Part shown: in pieces, positions 10,219-19,730 of the stretch
How the letters are laid out: each line of letters opens with the position of its first letter
Position numbering within the stretch: the stretch's first letter is position 1
Assembly: GCF_000283555.1 (NCBI RefSeq)
Contig: NC_016012.1
Coordinates: 1,170,001-1,202,000, forward strand
Direction of reading: 5' to 3'
Source of the DNA: Candidatus Arthromitus sp. SFB-rat-Yit
Lineage (GTDB): Bacteria > Bacillota > Clostridia > Clostridiales > Clostridiaceae
DNA length: 32,000 nt
Program-made: the position numbers and the translations under genes
The notes under the pieces: generated by a model
The model's database searches: none
Seen by the model: the letters and a program-made list of their open reading frames with translations, nothing else
Told to the model about the DNA's origin: nothing

Positions 10219-11289
10219 TTAAAAATGATAATTTGAAAGTTTAAACCCTCTAACTTCATCCAATGAAAACATATACTCTTCTACCTTTGATGGAGAAATT
10301 GGAAAAATAAAGCTAATCTTCTTAGATTTATTTTTCTTGTCCATTAATAATGCTTCATAAAATCTATCTTCATCTAAAATACTATTGTCAAATTTTATAT
10401 CAAATCTTCTTAAAATTTCATATATAAATTTAAAATACGCCTCATCTATTAAATTAAGTTTCAGTGCAAGTAAGCACTCATAATACATTCCTATAATTAC
10501 AGCTTCACCATGAGTATAAACTGAATAATTAGTAACACTCTCTATCGCATGCCCTATAGTATGTCCATGATTCAAAATTTTCCTAATTGAAGTATCATAC
10601 TCATCTTGACTTATGATATTAATTTTAAACTCGCAACTTCTTTTTACTATCTCACGTATAATGTTAATATTCCCATTTAATATATCTATAAGATTTTTAT
10701 CTATATAGTTTAAAAACCCATACTCGCATATTATACCATATTTTAAAACTTCAGCTAATCCAGAAATTATTTCTCTCTTCGGTAATGATGTTAAAAAATT
10801 ATTATCTATAACAACAAAATGTGGTTGATTAAATGTTCCAATTAAATTCTTACACCCTGAAATATTAACAGCATTTTTACCACCAATCGAACTATCAACT
10901 TGAGCAAGAATGGTTGTTGGGATATTTATAAATTGTATACCTCTCATATATATAGATGCAACAAATCCTACTATATCTCCAACAATCCCCCCGCCAATTC
11001 CAATTAAAATAGAATCTCTTAAATACCCCTTATCACTAAGCATTTTTACAATTTCTGTTACCATAATTATATTTTTATTCTTTTCAATACAATCAATCAA
11101 ATAAATATCATGGTCTAAATCAATGATTAATTCCCTCAAATATGTACTATAAAACCTTTCATAAACTATCTTATCTATAATAAAAAAACATCTCTTGCCT
11201 CTAATTATATCTTTAAGATTTTTAAAAGAACCTTCTCCTATTAATACTTCACATTTTCTTTGCTTTAGTTCAAGAATGAGTTTTTCCAA
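10219..11289 (-). CDS. aroB: 3-dehydroquinate synthase
   Basis: DHQS motifs: GGGIVGDIVGFVASIYMRGIQFINIPTTILAQVDSSIGGKNAVN, KRSCEFKINIISQDEYD, ILNHGHTIGHAIE, HGEAVIIGM. TTG start preceded by GGAGG. Confidence 0.95.
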   Translation of the reverse strand: MEKLILELKQRKCEVLIGEGSFKNLKDIIRGKRCFFIIDKIVYERFYSTYLRELIIDLDHDIYLIDCIEKNKNIIMVTEIVKMLSDKGYLRDSILIGIGGGIVGDIVGFVASIYMRGIQFINIPTTILAQVDSSIGGKNAVNISGCKNLIGTFNQPHFVVIDNNFLTSLPKREIISGLAEVLKYGIICEYGFLNYIDKNLIDILNGNINIIREIVKRSCEFKINIISQDEYDTSIRKILNHGHTIGHAIESVTNYSVYTHGEAVIIGMYYECLLALKLNLIDEAYFKFIYEILRRFDIKFDNSILDEDRFYEALLMDKKNKSKKISFIFPISPSKVEEYMFSLDEVRGFKLSNYHF

Positions 11290-12398
11290 TTTCTTAATAC
11301 CTCCTTCAAACTATCTCCAGAGAACTTTCTTAAAAACTCCTGACATATAACAGTCATAGCAACACTCTCAGAAATAATTGATGCTGAAGGCACAACCGTG
11401 CAATCACTTCTTTCAATACTTGCACATTCAATCTCTTTTGATGATATATTTACGCTCTTTATAGGTTTATAAAGTGTCGGAATGGGTTTATGGTAACATC
11501 TAATCACAATTTCTTCTCCATTACTCATACCCCCTTCAATACCACCTGCTCTATTAGTTTTTCTTCTGTAATTTCCATTTCTATATTCAATTGCATCATG
11601 TGAATTTGATCCTTTATCTATAAAAGTTTCTAATCCATCACCAAATTCTATAGCCTTCATGGAGTTAACACTTATAAGTGCAGCTGCCAATAATCCATCT
11701 AACTTACGATCATAATGAACATAGCTTCCAATTCCTACAGGTACATTTTTAATCCTGATCTCATAGGATCCTCCTATTGTATCACCTTGAGATTTTATAC
11801 GATCAATTAAAGATTTTATATCATCGATCCTTTTATTATCTAAAAATCTGAATTCATATTCATCACTTCTCTTAATTTCTTCAAAACAATATGTATTACT
11901 ATTCCTAATATCTCCTATAGATAAAACATGAGATGCACTGTCTATATTAAAATTTCTCAAAACTTGTATACAAATAGCCCCAATAGCTAATCTAGTTGCA
12001 GTTTCTCTTGCACTACTTCTTTCAAGCACATTTCTACAATCATCAAAATCATATTTGATTATTCCACTTAAATCAGCATGACCAGGTCTTGGTTTTAAAA
12101 CCTTTTTAGATGAAATATCACAGTTCATAGGATCCATATATTTCTCCCAATTTTTATAATCATAATTTTTTATAAAAAATGATATAGGGGATCCTAATGT
12201 CTTTGAATTCCTAATTCCAGATATAAATTCAATTTTATCATTCTCAATTTTCATCCTATTTCCACGCCCATAAAAAGACTGTCTTTTTTTTAAAAGATCA
12301 TTTATTTCATCTACATCTATGTACACATTAGATGGCAAACCCTCTATAACCCCAACAAGACCTTTACCATGTGACTCGCCAGCAGTAAAATATCTCAT
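11265..12398 (-). CDS. aroC: Chorismate synthase (ORF track opens at GTG 12410; conserved N-terminus MRYFTAGESHG starts at 12398)
   Basis: MRYFTAGESHGKGL, GRMKIENDKIEFISGIRNSKTLGSPI, RPGHADLSGIIKYDFDDCRNVLERSSARETATR, ERSDCTVVPSASII. Confidence 0.96.
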   Translation of the reverse strand: MRYFTAGESHGKGLVGVIEGLPSNVYIDVDEINDLLKKRQSFYGRGNRMKIENDKIEFISGIRNSKTLGSPISFFIKNYDYKNWEKYMDPMNCDISSKKVLKPRPGHADLSGIIKYDFDDCRNVLERSSARETATRLAIGAICIQVLRNFNIDSASHVLSIGDIRNSNTYCFEEIKRSDEYEFRFLDNKRIDDIKSLIDRIKSQGDTIGGSYEIRIKNVPVGIGSYVHYDRKLDGLLAAALISVNSMKAIEFGDGLETFIDKGSNSHDAIEYRNGNYRRKTNRAGGIEGGMSNGEEIVIRCYHKPIPTLYKPIKSVNISSKEIECASIERSDCTVVPSASIISESVAMTVICQEFLRKFSGDSLKEVLRNWKNSFLN

Positions 12399-12411
12399 AT
12401 AAATAAACACC

Positions 12412-13686
12412 CTACCTCAAAATATAATTTAAAATTTCATAGAAACTTGGAAAAGATATATCAACGCAAGATTTATTTATAATCTTTATATCTTCACCAC
12501 TTAAAACCGATAATATCATAAATGCCATAGCTATTCTGTGATCATTATAACTATTAACCTCACACCCTTTTATATTTCCTCCACCAACTATCCTAATTCC
12601 ATCTTCAAATTCATAAATTTCAATTCCAAGTTTAACAAATCCATCTACTATACTCTTTACTCTATTGCTCTCCTTATATTTAAGTTCTTCTATATTTTTA
12701 ATTATAGTTTCACCTTTTGCAAATGCAGCAAGCACACAAATAATTGGTATTTCATCAATAAGTGTAGGTATAATATCTCCTTCTATTAAAGTACCAAATA
12801 AGGAAGATGTGCCACGCACTTTTATATCGCACACTTCCTCAAAATAATTAAAATGAACATTTATAAATTCAATATCTGCTCCCATACTTCTTAAAACATT
12901 AATTATACCTGTTCTTGTTTCATTAATCCCTACATCTTTAATTAGAAGTTCTGATCCATCAATACAAGATGCTAGAACCATAAAAAAACTTGCAGATGAT
13001 ATATCTCCAGGAATTGAAATTTCTCGTGCTTCCATCTCCCCTCTTTGAATTGAAATAACATTTTTATCAATTTGAATATTCCCACCAAAGTAGTTAATCA
13101 TTCGCTCAGTATGATCTCTTGTCTTTACATTTTCAATAATTTTTGTTATACCATCACAATATAATCCTGCAAATAAAATACATGATTTTACCTGTGCACT
13201 ATCAATTTCCATATTATAAGAAATTGAATTTAATTTTCTCCCAGAAATATTTAAAGGTGCAAATTTATCTTTTTTAAGAGAATAAATTCCTGCTCCCATA
13301 AGAGATAAGGGTTTTATTATTCTATCCATTGGTCTAGCCCTTAAAGATTCATCTCCATCAATGATTGAATCAAAGCTACTTCCACTTAAAATACCGCTCA
13401 TTATTCTAATTGTTGTCCCAGAATTTTTAGCATCTAACACATCATCATATTTTTTCAAAGAATATAATCCATTCCCAAACACCTTAATTCTAGAATCATC
13501 AATTTCAATTTTGACCCCCAAATTTTTAAGACACTCCATCGTTGCTAAGGAATCTTTGCTAAATAAGAATTTATGTATTACACTAACCCCATTTGATATA
13601 GACGAAATCATAAGAGCTCTATGAGATATTGATTTATCTCCTGGAATATTTATTACAGATTTTATTTTCTTACTTCTTATATTCAC
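12412..13686 (-). CDS. aroA: 3-phosphoshikimate 1-carboxyvinyltransferase (EPSP synthase)
   Basis: IPGDKSISHRALMISSI, AKNSGTTIRIMSGIL, DSAQVKSCILFAGLY, PGDISSASFFMV, VNSYNDHRIAMAFMI. Confidence 0.96.
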   Translation of the reverse strand: MNIRSKKIKSVINIPGDKSISHRALMISSISNGVSVIHKFLFSKDSLATMECLKNLGVKIEIDDSRIKVFGNGLYSLKKYDDVLDAKNSGTTIRIMSGILSGSSFDSIIDGDESLRARPMDRIIKPLSLMGAGIYSLKKDKFAPLNISGRKLNSISYNMEIDSAQVKSCILFAGLYCDGITKIIENVKTRDHTERMINYFGGNIQIDKNVISIQRGEMEAREISIPGDISSASFFMVLASCIDGSELLIKDVGINETRTGIINVLRSMGADIEFINVHFNYFEEVCDIKVRGTSSLFGTLIEGDIIPTLIDEIPIICVLAAFAKGETIIKNIEELKYKESNRVKSIVDGFVKLGIEIYEFEDGIRIVGGGNIKGCEVNSYNDHRIAMAFMILSVLSGEDIKIINKSCVDISFPSFYEILNYILR

Positions 13687-13706
13687 AACTTATCTCCTAA
13701 ATAAAT

Positions 13707-14702
13707 TTAAAATAAACTCTTCCTTATCTTATGTATTTTCTTATTCATATTATAGAATCGTTTGAATTTTAGTGACTGACACCCATCAGATAATGCATTT
13801 TCAGGGTCATTATGAACTTCAACCATAATTCCATCACATCCAGCTGAAACAGATGCCAACGCAAGGGATTCAACCAAATCAAATCTCCCAGATGCATGAC
13901 TAGGATCAACTATTATAGGAAGATGTGATAATTTCTTAATGACAGGAACAGCTGATATATCTAAAGTATTTCTCGTACTTTTTTCAAAAGTTCTAATTCC
14001 TCGCTCACAAAGTATAACGTTCATATTCCCTCCAGATACGATATACTCAGCACTTAATAAAAACTCTTCAATTGTCGCACTAAACCCCCTTTTTAATAAA
14101 ATAGGTTTATTGCACTTACCAAGCTTCTTCAATAATTCAAAATTCTGCATATTTCGTGCTCCAACCTGAAAAATATCCACATATTCATTAAATACTTCTA
14201 TATCTTCTGTCGATACAATTTCACTAACAAGCTTCAAGTCCAACTCAAGGGTAATTCTCCTCATAATTTTTAAAGCATCTTTACCAATTCCCTGAAAAAA
14301 ATAAGGGGAAGTTCGAGGTTTAAATGCACCGCCTCTTACTATCTTGACTCCGAATTCTTTTAAATTTTTTGCTATTTCCATAAAACCATCTTCATTTTCA
14401 AAAGAACAAGGTCCACCTATTGTTTCAAAATGTTCTCCACCTATCTTAACATTCCCAATATGTACAATAGTATCCTCTTTCTTAAACTCTCTGCTAACAA
14501 ATTTATAAGGTTTATTAACTTGAACCATTTCTCTAATTCCATCAATATTTTTCAATATAAATTCCTTATCAATATCTTCTGAAATATATATACCTTTGTA
14601 ATTTTCCCCAAAATTAAAATGTGAAAAATTTATTTCAGAAATATATATTATTTTGTCTAAAGCATCCTCTATATCTATATCCTTCTCAAAAAATATGATC
14701 AT
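13707..14702 (-). CDS. aroF: 3-deoxy-7-phosphoheptulonate (DAHP) synthase with N-terminal ferredoxin-like domain
   Basis: KPYKFVSREFKKEDTIVHIGNVKIGG, GPCSFENEDGFMEIA, GGAFKPRTSPYFFQG, PILLKRGFSATIEEFLLSAEYI, LPIIVDPSHASGR. Confidence 0.95.
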   Translation of the reverse strand: MIIFFEKDIDIEDALDKIIYISEINFSHFNFGENYKGIYISEDIDKEFILKNIDGIREMVQVNKPYKFVSREFKKEDTIVHIGNVKIGGEHFETIGGPCSFENEDGFMEIAKNLKEFGVKIVRGGAFKPRTSPYFFQGIGKDALKIMRRITLELDLKLVSEIVSTEDIEVFNEYVDIFQVGARNMQNFELLKKLGKCNKPILLKRGFSATIEEFLLSAEYIVSGGNMNVILCERGIRTFEKSTRNTLDISAVPVIKKLSHLPIIVDPSHASGRFDLVESLALASVSAGCDGIMVEVHNDPENALSDGCQSLKFKRFYNMNKKIHKIRKSLF

Positions 14703-14869
14703 ATACTTATATTCTCCTATTTAATTTCTTTTCAAAACAATTGCTATAATTTTACTCTCTTGAGATATTTTTTTCAATTTATTTATTTCTTTAAATATTT
14801 TTTGTGAATTTATCATCCATGTTTTTTATGTTAAAATATTTTCACGTTAGTTTTAAAAAGGTGGTTACT

Positions 14870-17851
14870 ATGGAAAATATTAAAAATGTTTTTATAAGAC
14901 ATTTCACTCAAATACTTGAAAATAACAAAGACAAAGATGTATTTAGTTTATTTAAATGGAAAAAGGTAAATGTTCTACTTAAAGATTATAAAACTGGAAA
15001 TACAATTTATGATATGAAAAACTTAGAGTTCCCTGAGCATTTTTCACAGACTGCTTGCGATATAATAGCTACAAAATATTTTAGAAAAAGTGGTGTTCCA
15101 AATGATTGTGGAATGGAAAACTCTTTTAAAATGATTGTACATAGACTTGTAAGTTTTTGGATATCATCTCTAAAAGATCTAGGATTAATTAAAAATAAGC
15201 AAGAAGAACAAATATTTTATGACGAAACTGCATACGCACTAATCGATCAAAAATTTGCACCAAATTCACCACAGTGGTTCAATACAGGACTTGCATTATC
15301 TTATGGTATAAAAGGAGAACCTCAAAACACATATTACTACGATATAAATGAGAAAAAAGTTGTTAAATCAATAGATTCTTACACAAGAACTCAAGCATCC
15401 GCATGCTTTATTTTATCAATTGAAGACAAGCTTTTAGGTCCACACTCCATCTCTGAGCATTACGTAACAGAAACTAAATTGTTTAAATTTGGATCAGGAA
15501 CAGGAACAAATTTCTCAAATATACGAGCAACTGGAGAAAAATTATCTGGTGGAGGATCATCATCAGGTCTTATGAGTTTTTTGAAAGGTCTTGATAAAAA
15601 TGCAGGTGCAATAAAATCTGGCGGAACAACAAGAAGAGCTGCAAAAATGGTTTGTCTTGATTTAGATCATCCAGAAATCGAAGATTTTATAAATTGGAAA
15701 TCTATCGAAGAAGATAAAGTGCGTGCGCTTGTAAAAATGGGATATGATGGAGCATTTGAGGGTGATGCCTACAATACAGTATCAGGTCAAAATTCCAACA
15801 ATTCAGTTAAAATAACAGATGAGTTCATGATGAAGGTTGAAAATTTAAAAAACGACCCCGACTCTAAAATAATACTAAAAGGTAGAATCGATACATCCGT
15901 AAATAAAGAAATAAGCACTAAACATCTATGGAATATGTTTAATGAAGCATCGCATAAATGTGCAGACCCTGCTCCTCTTTTTGATGATACGTTCAATGCT
16001 TGGCACACTTGCCCCGCCGGAGAAGATGGAGTATATAACGCAAAATATAATAGAATAAACTCTACAAATCCATGTGCTGAATATGCATTTTTAGATGATA
16101 CATCATGTAATCTTGCTTCAATAAATATTTTAAAATTTTATGATGAAAATAATCAAATGTTTAAAATAGATCAATACTTACATATGATTAGAATCTCTCA
16201 ACTAATTTTAGAAGCATCAATACATTTTGGACAATTCCCAACAGAAGACATCGCAAGAAAAACTCATATGTTTAGAACAACAGGTCTTGGAATATGCAAC
16301 ATAGCTTCACTGCTTATGATTATGGGTATACCTTATGACTCAGATGAAGCCAGATGTTTTACATCAAGCATAATCGGTATATTAACAGGAGAAAGTTACT
16401 TCATATCATCTATTATGTCAAAAGAAATAGGAGTATTTGAGAAATACTCCATAAACAAAAAATACATGTTAAGAGTTATTAGGAATCATGCCCGTGTTGC
16501 TGGATATTTAAAAGATGAATTCGAGAATTTAAACTATACTCCAATAAAAATTGACCATGACTTATTAAATAAAATGGGATTAAAATACATATCAACTTGT
16601 TTAAAAAATGTTTGGAAATCTGCTTATAATTCAGGTGAAAAATATGGTTATAGAAATGCTCAAGTATCTGTAATTGCTCCAACAGGTACAATTTCATTTG
16701 CGATGGACGCTGCATCAACATCAATCGAACCATTTTTCTCCCATATAGTCTATAAAAAACTATCAGGTGGAGGACATTTAACACTTTCAAATCCAATGAT
16801 TGCATCCGCTCTCAAAAATTTGAAATACTCGGATGATCAAATTAGAGATATACTTGCTTATATTGAAAGAACTGAAACTGTTGAATCTAATGGATTTAAA
16901 TACGAAAAATTAATTGATGGAAAAATAGAAGGTGCTCCTCATCTAAAAGAAGAACATTTAAAAATATTTGATACTGCTAACACATGTGGAACAGGTATAA
17001 GATTCATATCACCAGAAGGACACGTAAAAATGGTTGCAGCAATTACCCCACTTGTTTCTGGATCAATTTCAAAAACTATTAATCTTCCAAATAATTCAAC
17101 AGTTGAAGACTTTAAGGAAATGACAATGCTTAGTTGGAAACTTGGCGTAAAAGGAATTTCTCTATATCGTGATGGAAGTAAATTCGCCCAGCCACTGAAT
17201 AAAAATCTAGAAGATATTAATAATGACGAAAATTTAAACAACTTAAATTATAATGAGCTATTAATATTAGCTAAAAATATGAAAGAATCATTAAAGCACA
17301 ATCCAAAGAGAAATAAGCCAATTGGGATAAGAAGTGGTACAACTCACCCTGCCGAAATTGAGGATATAAAAATATACACAACAGTAAATAGAAATACAAA
17401 CAATGAAATATGCGAAATCTATATAACAACAGATAGAGAAGGAACTATCATAATGGGATTATTAAATTCATTATCAAAATCCCTTTCTGTAATGCTTCAA
17501 CATAAAGTTTCTCCTCAAGATATTTCGTCAATGCTTAGAGGTCAAAAATATGAACCACATGGTTTTGTAAAAAAACACCCCTACATAAAACACGCATCCT
17601 CAATATCTGATTTAATATCAAAAATAATTGATATTGAATTAAATGATTATAGATTTTGTCAGGTTAAACCATCTGATTATGAAGATAAAGACAATGATTA
17701 CAATTCTTCAGATTTAAAGCACAAACAAGATTCATCTGACTATGAAAAAATCTACAATAAAATATGTTCTAACTGTTCAAGTGTAAAAATGTTTAAAAAC
17801 GGAACATGTTATGTATGTGCTGATTGTGGTTCAACGACAGGATGTAGCTAA
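14870..17851 (+). CDS. nrdJ: Adenosylcobalamin-dependent (class II) ribonucleoside-diphosphate reductase (ORF track opens at 14804; likely start ATG 14870 after AAAGGTGG)
   Basis: FAPNSPQWFNTGL, FKFGSGTGTNFSNIR, NPCAEYAFLDDTSCNLASINI, ISVIAPTGTISFAMD, and C-terminal Cys-rich segment CSNCSSVKMFKNGTCYVCADCGSTTGCS. Confidence 0.95.
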   Translation: MENIKNVFIRHFTQILENNKDKDVFSLFKWKKVNVLLKDYKTGNTIYDMKNLEFPEHFSQTACDIIATKYFRKSGVPNDCGMENSFKMIVHRLVSFWISSLKDLGLIKNKQEEQIFYDETAYALIDQKFAPNSPQWFNTGLALSYGIKGEPQNTYYYDINEKKVVKSIDSYTRTQASACFILSIEDKLLGPHSISEHYVTETKLFKFGSGTGTNFSNIRATGEKLSGGGSSSGLMSFLKGLDKNAGAIKSGGTTRRAAKMVCLDLDHPEIEDFINWKSIEEDKVRALVKMGYDGAFEGDAYNTVSGQNSNNSVKITDEFMMKVENLKNDPDSKIILKGRIDTSVNKEISTKHLWNMFNEASHKCADPAPLFDDTFNAWHTCPAGEDGVYNAKYNRINSTNPCAEYAFLDDTSCNLASINILKFYDENNQMFKIDQYLHMIRISQLILEASIHFGQFPTEDIARKTHMFRTTGLGICNIASLLMIMGIPYDSDEARCFTSSIIGILTGESYFISSIMSKEIGVFEKYSINKKYMLRVIRNHARVAGYLKDEFENLNYTPIKIDHDLLNKMGLKYISTCLKNVWKSAYNSGEKYGYRNAQVSVIAPTGTISFAMDAASTSIEPFFSHIVYKKLSGGGHLTLSNPMIASALKNLKYSDDQIRDILAYIERTETVESNGFKYEKLIDGKIEGAPHLKEEHLKIFDTANTCGTGIRFISPEGHVKMVAAITPLVSGSISKTINLPNNSTVEDFKEMTMLSWKLGVKGISLYRDGSKFAQPLNKNLEDINNDENLNNLNYNELLILAKNMKESLKHNPKRNKPIGIRSGTTHPAEIEDIKIYTTVNRNTNNEICEIYITTDREGTIIMGLLNSLSKSLSVMLQHKVSPQDISSMLRGQKYEPHGFVKKHPYIKHASSISDLISKIIDIELNDYRFCQVKPSDYEDKDNDYNSSDLKHKQDSSDYEKIYNKICSNCSSVKMFKNGTCYVCADCGSTTGCS

Positions 17852-17923
17852 ATAATATTAGTATAATAATTTAATAAATTTATAAATATATTAAACTTAG
17901 AACAATATCTAAGGATTTAAATC

Positions 17924-18814
17924 ATGCCAAAATCTTTTCTAAAAGGAACATATTATGTCCCTAAAGACATTAATGAAAACCCTTATTCTATTTTAAAGAA
18001 TGCAAACAAAAATAATTTGAATTTTATAATAATTGAATACAGTAACAAATACCTGTTCGATGGTTTATCAAATGATAAAATATCTAGACTCAACTACATA
18101 CAGGATAAAATCGATTCATTTGAAAAAAAATATAGAAACACGGTAGGTATCATTTGTTTTAAATGTCATTCAATTATAGGTCCAATTAGGATTCTATTAT
18201 CAAAAAGCATTTTTAAGGGAGATATATTTAAACTAAAAAATTTTTATTTATGGTGCTATTTAAATAATCCAACTCTAATACTTTCAAACAATAGTTTTAT
18301 GCAAATATACAATGAAAACACAAAAAAATATTTCACATTATATAATGATAACTTTTTAAAATCTATAGATAATTATTTGAATTTATTAAATTTAGGTATA
18401 AACGTAACTCCTATATATGTAAATAATGGTTTTATATTTATAAGAAATAAATCTAATAATGTATTTGATTTCAGAAATTTAAAACAATATATAAGTTCTC
18501 AAATCAAAAACGGAAATTTCTACATTTCAAATTCAGATAAATTATATTTAGATTATACTCTCTCCACCTCAAATCTTAGTGATAAACAATATATTTCTCT
18601 AAACATAAAATTAAGTAGTACTAATTTCTCAAATAAAAAATTAGTACTACTTAATAATAAACATGACTTTATAATAGATCAAAATCTATACAGCCTAAAA
18701 AATATATCCTATAATGTTGATATAAAAAAAGGTACAAACAAGTTCTTTATACTTAGGATTTTATCCCATAATAACTTATTTGCACTAACTTCTCCAATTT
18801 ATATTGATATTTAA
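17924..18814 (+). CDS. Divergent PHP-superfamily-like protein, apparently lacking metal ligands
   Basis: RBS AAGGA. The ordering NPYSILKNANKNNLNFIIIEYSN ... VGIICFKCHSIIGPIRILL ... NPTLILSNNSF ... LLNLGINVTPIYVNNGF ... GNFYIS resembles the CehA/McbA-type PHP scaffold. The HxH and DH positions appear to be replaced (YYV, EYS). Confidence 0.5.
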   Translation: MPKSFLKGTYYVPKDINENPYSILKNANKNNLNFIIIEYSNKYLFDGLSNDKISRLNYIQDKIDSFEKKYRNTVGIICFKCHSIIGPIRILLSKSIFKGDIFKLKNFYLWCYLNNPTLILSNNSFMQIYNENTKKYFTLYNDNFLKSIDNYLNLLNLGINVTPIYVNNGFIFIRNKSNNVFDFRNLKQYISSQIKNGNFYISNSDKLYLDYTLSTSNLSDKQYISLNIKLSSTNFSNKKLVLLNNKHDFIIDQNLYSLKNISYNVDIKKGTNKFFILRILSHNNLFALTSPIYIDI

Positions 18815-18817
18815 TGG

Positions 18818-19141
18818 TTAATTTTTATGCTTTATTCTATTAGGTTTTACTTTAGGTTTGTTCTTTACAACCTTAATATTTTTATTTTTAATTTTCTCAC
18901 GTTTAACATCAACAAAAAGGTCAACAGACCAAAGTATTAAAACCAAATATAACCATTGTATTATATACATAACAAAGGTTGGTACTTTTAAGAAAAGTGA
19001 AGCTACACAAATGATAATTCCTAAAATCAAAATTAACCATCTAAATTTATTAGCTCTAATATTTGATAATACAAATATTTTTAATAAATTATATGTAATT
19101 AAAGTAATTAAAACAAATAACAAAATACCTAAAAAATTCAT
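18818..19141 (-). CDS. Small membrane protein with basic C-terminal tail (107 aa)
   Basis: Three hydrophobic segments followed by a Lys/Asn-rich tail. Divergent from the Lrp-like gene. Confidence 0.7.
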   Translation of the reverse strand: MNFLGILLFVLITLITYNLLKIFVLSNIRANKFRWLILILGIIICVASLFLKVPTFVMYIIQWLYLVLILWSVDLFVDVKREKIKNKNIKVVKNKPKVKPNRIKHKN

Positions 19142-19190
19142 TTTATCTCCTCCTAAAATATATTTAATTCACAAAGGAAGTGGTAAAAAT

Positions 19191-19661
19191 TTGAACTCAC
19201 AAATTTTTAATAATCTAGATAAATTAGATTTGGACATACTTGATATACTCATCAAAGATTGTAAAACTCCATATCTTGAAATAGCTCGAATATGCCACGT
19301 AAGTGGAGGAACTATTCATGTTAGAATGAAAAAAATGGAAGATATGGGAATATTGCTCGGATATAATTTATCATTAGACCTAACAAAACTTGGATTTGAT
19401 ATATGTTGCTTCGTTGCTATATATACAGATAGTACTTCATATATTCCAGACGTAATAAACGATCTACAAAACATAAAAGAAATCACAGAACTCCATATAA
19501 CTACTGGAGATTTCGAAATACTAACAAAAGTAATTTGTAAAAATATTGAGCATTTACAAGACATGCTTATAAATAAAATCAACAAAATTAAAGGAATTAA
19601 CCGGACAAATACATTCATATCTTTAATTCAAAAAATTAATAGAAATGTAGCTCTAAATTAA
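19191..19661 (+). CDS. Lrp/AsnC-family transcriptional regulator (ORF track opens at 18858; likely start TTG 19191)
   Basis: LDLDILDILIKDCKTPYLEIARICHVSGGTIHVRMKKMEDMGILLGYNLSLDLTKLGFD is the classic Lrp/AsnC HTH followed by a RAM-type domain. A TTG start with AAAGGAAGTGG upstream gives 156 aa, the normal family size. Confidence 0.9.
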   Translation: MNSQIFNNLDKLDLDILDILIKDCKTPYLEIARICHVSGGTIHVRMKKMEDMGILLGYNLSLDLTKLGFDICCFVAIYTDSTSYIPDVINDLQNIKEITELHITTGDFEILTKVICKNIEHLQDMLINKINKIKGINRTNTFISLIQKINRNVALN

Positions 19662-19686
19662 TATTCCCTAATCTTAATACTATATC

Positions 19687-19722
19687 ATAATTTACATTAA
19701 AAATATTTTTAATGTAAATTAT
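19687..19722. repeat. Perfect 36-bp loopless palindrome
   Basis: ATAATTTACATTAAAAAT|ATTTTTAATGTAAATTAT, self-complementary over its whole length. Confidence 0.9.
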
Positions 19723-19730
19723 TTATAAAA

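Noticed and set aside
6123-14169. Plus-strand ORFs inside the GH63, 8245..8583, DUF4214, aroB, aroA and DAHP synthase genes
   Set aside because: All fully antisense to conserved coding sequences. Their compositions (Ser/Thr/Pro/Ile-rich) are typical of reverse frames of AT-rich genes.
14703-14869. Classical attenuator, T-box or B12 riboswitch between aroF and nrdJ
   Set aside because: No T-box NNTGGNACC-type anti-terminator, no aromatic-rich leader peptide and no recognisable B12 box. The region is short and AT-only.
15787-17241. ORFs 15787..16008 (-), 16479..16805 (-) and 16939..17241 (-) inside nrdJ
   Set aside because: Shadow ORFs of the highly conserved nrdJ frame, with no independent support.
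18858-19190. N-terminal 111 aa of the track's Lrp-like ORF
   Set aside because: Antisense to the 107-aa membrane protein. The TTG at 19191 with an upstream Shine-Dalgarno gives a normal-length Lrp/AsnC protein.
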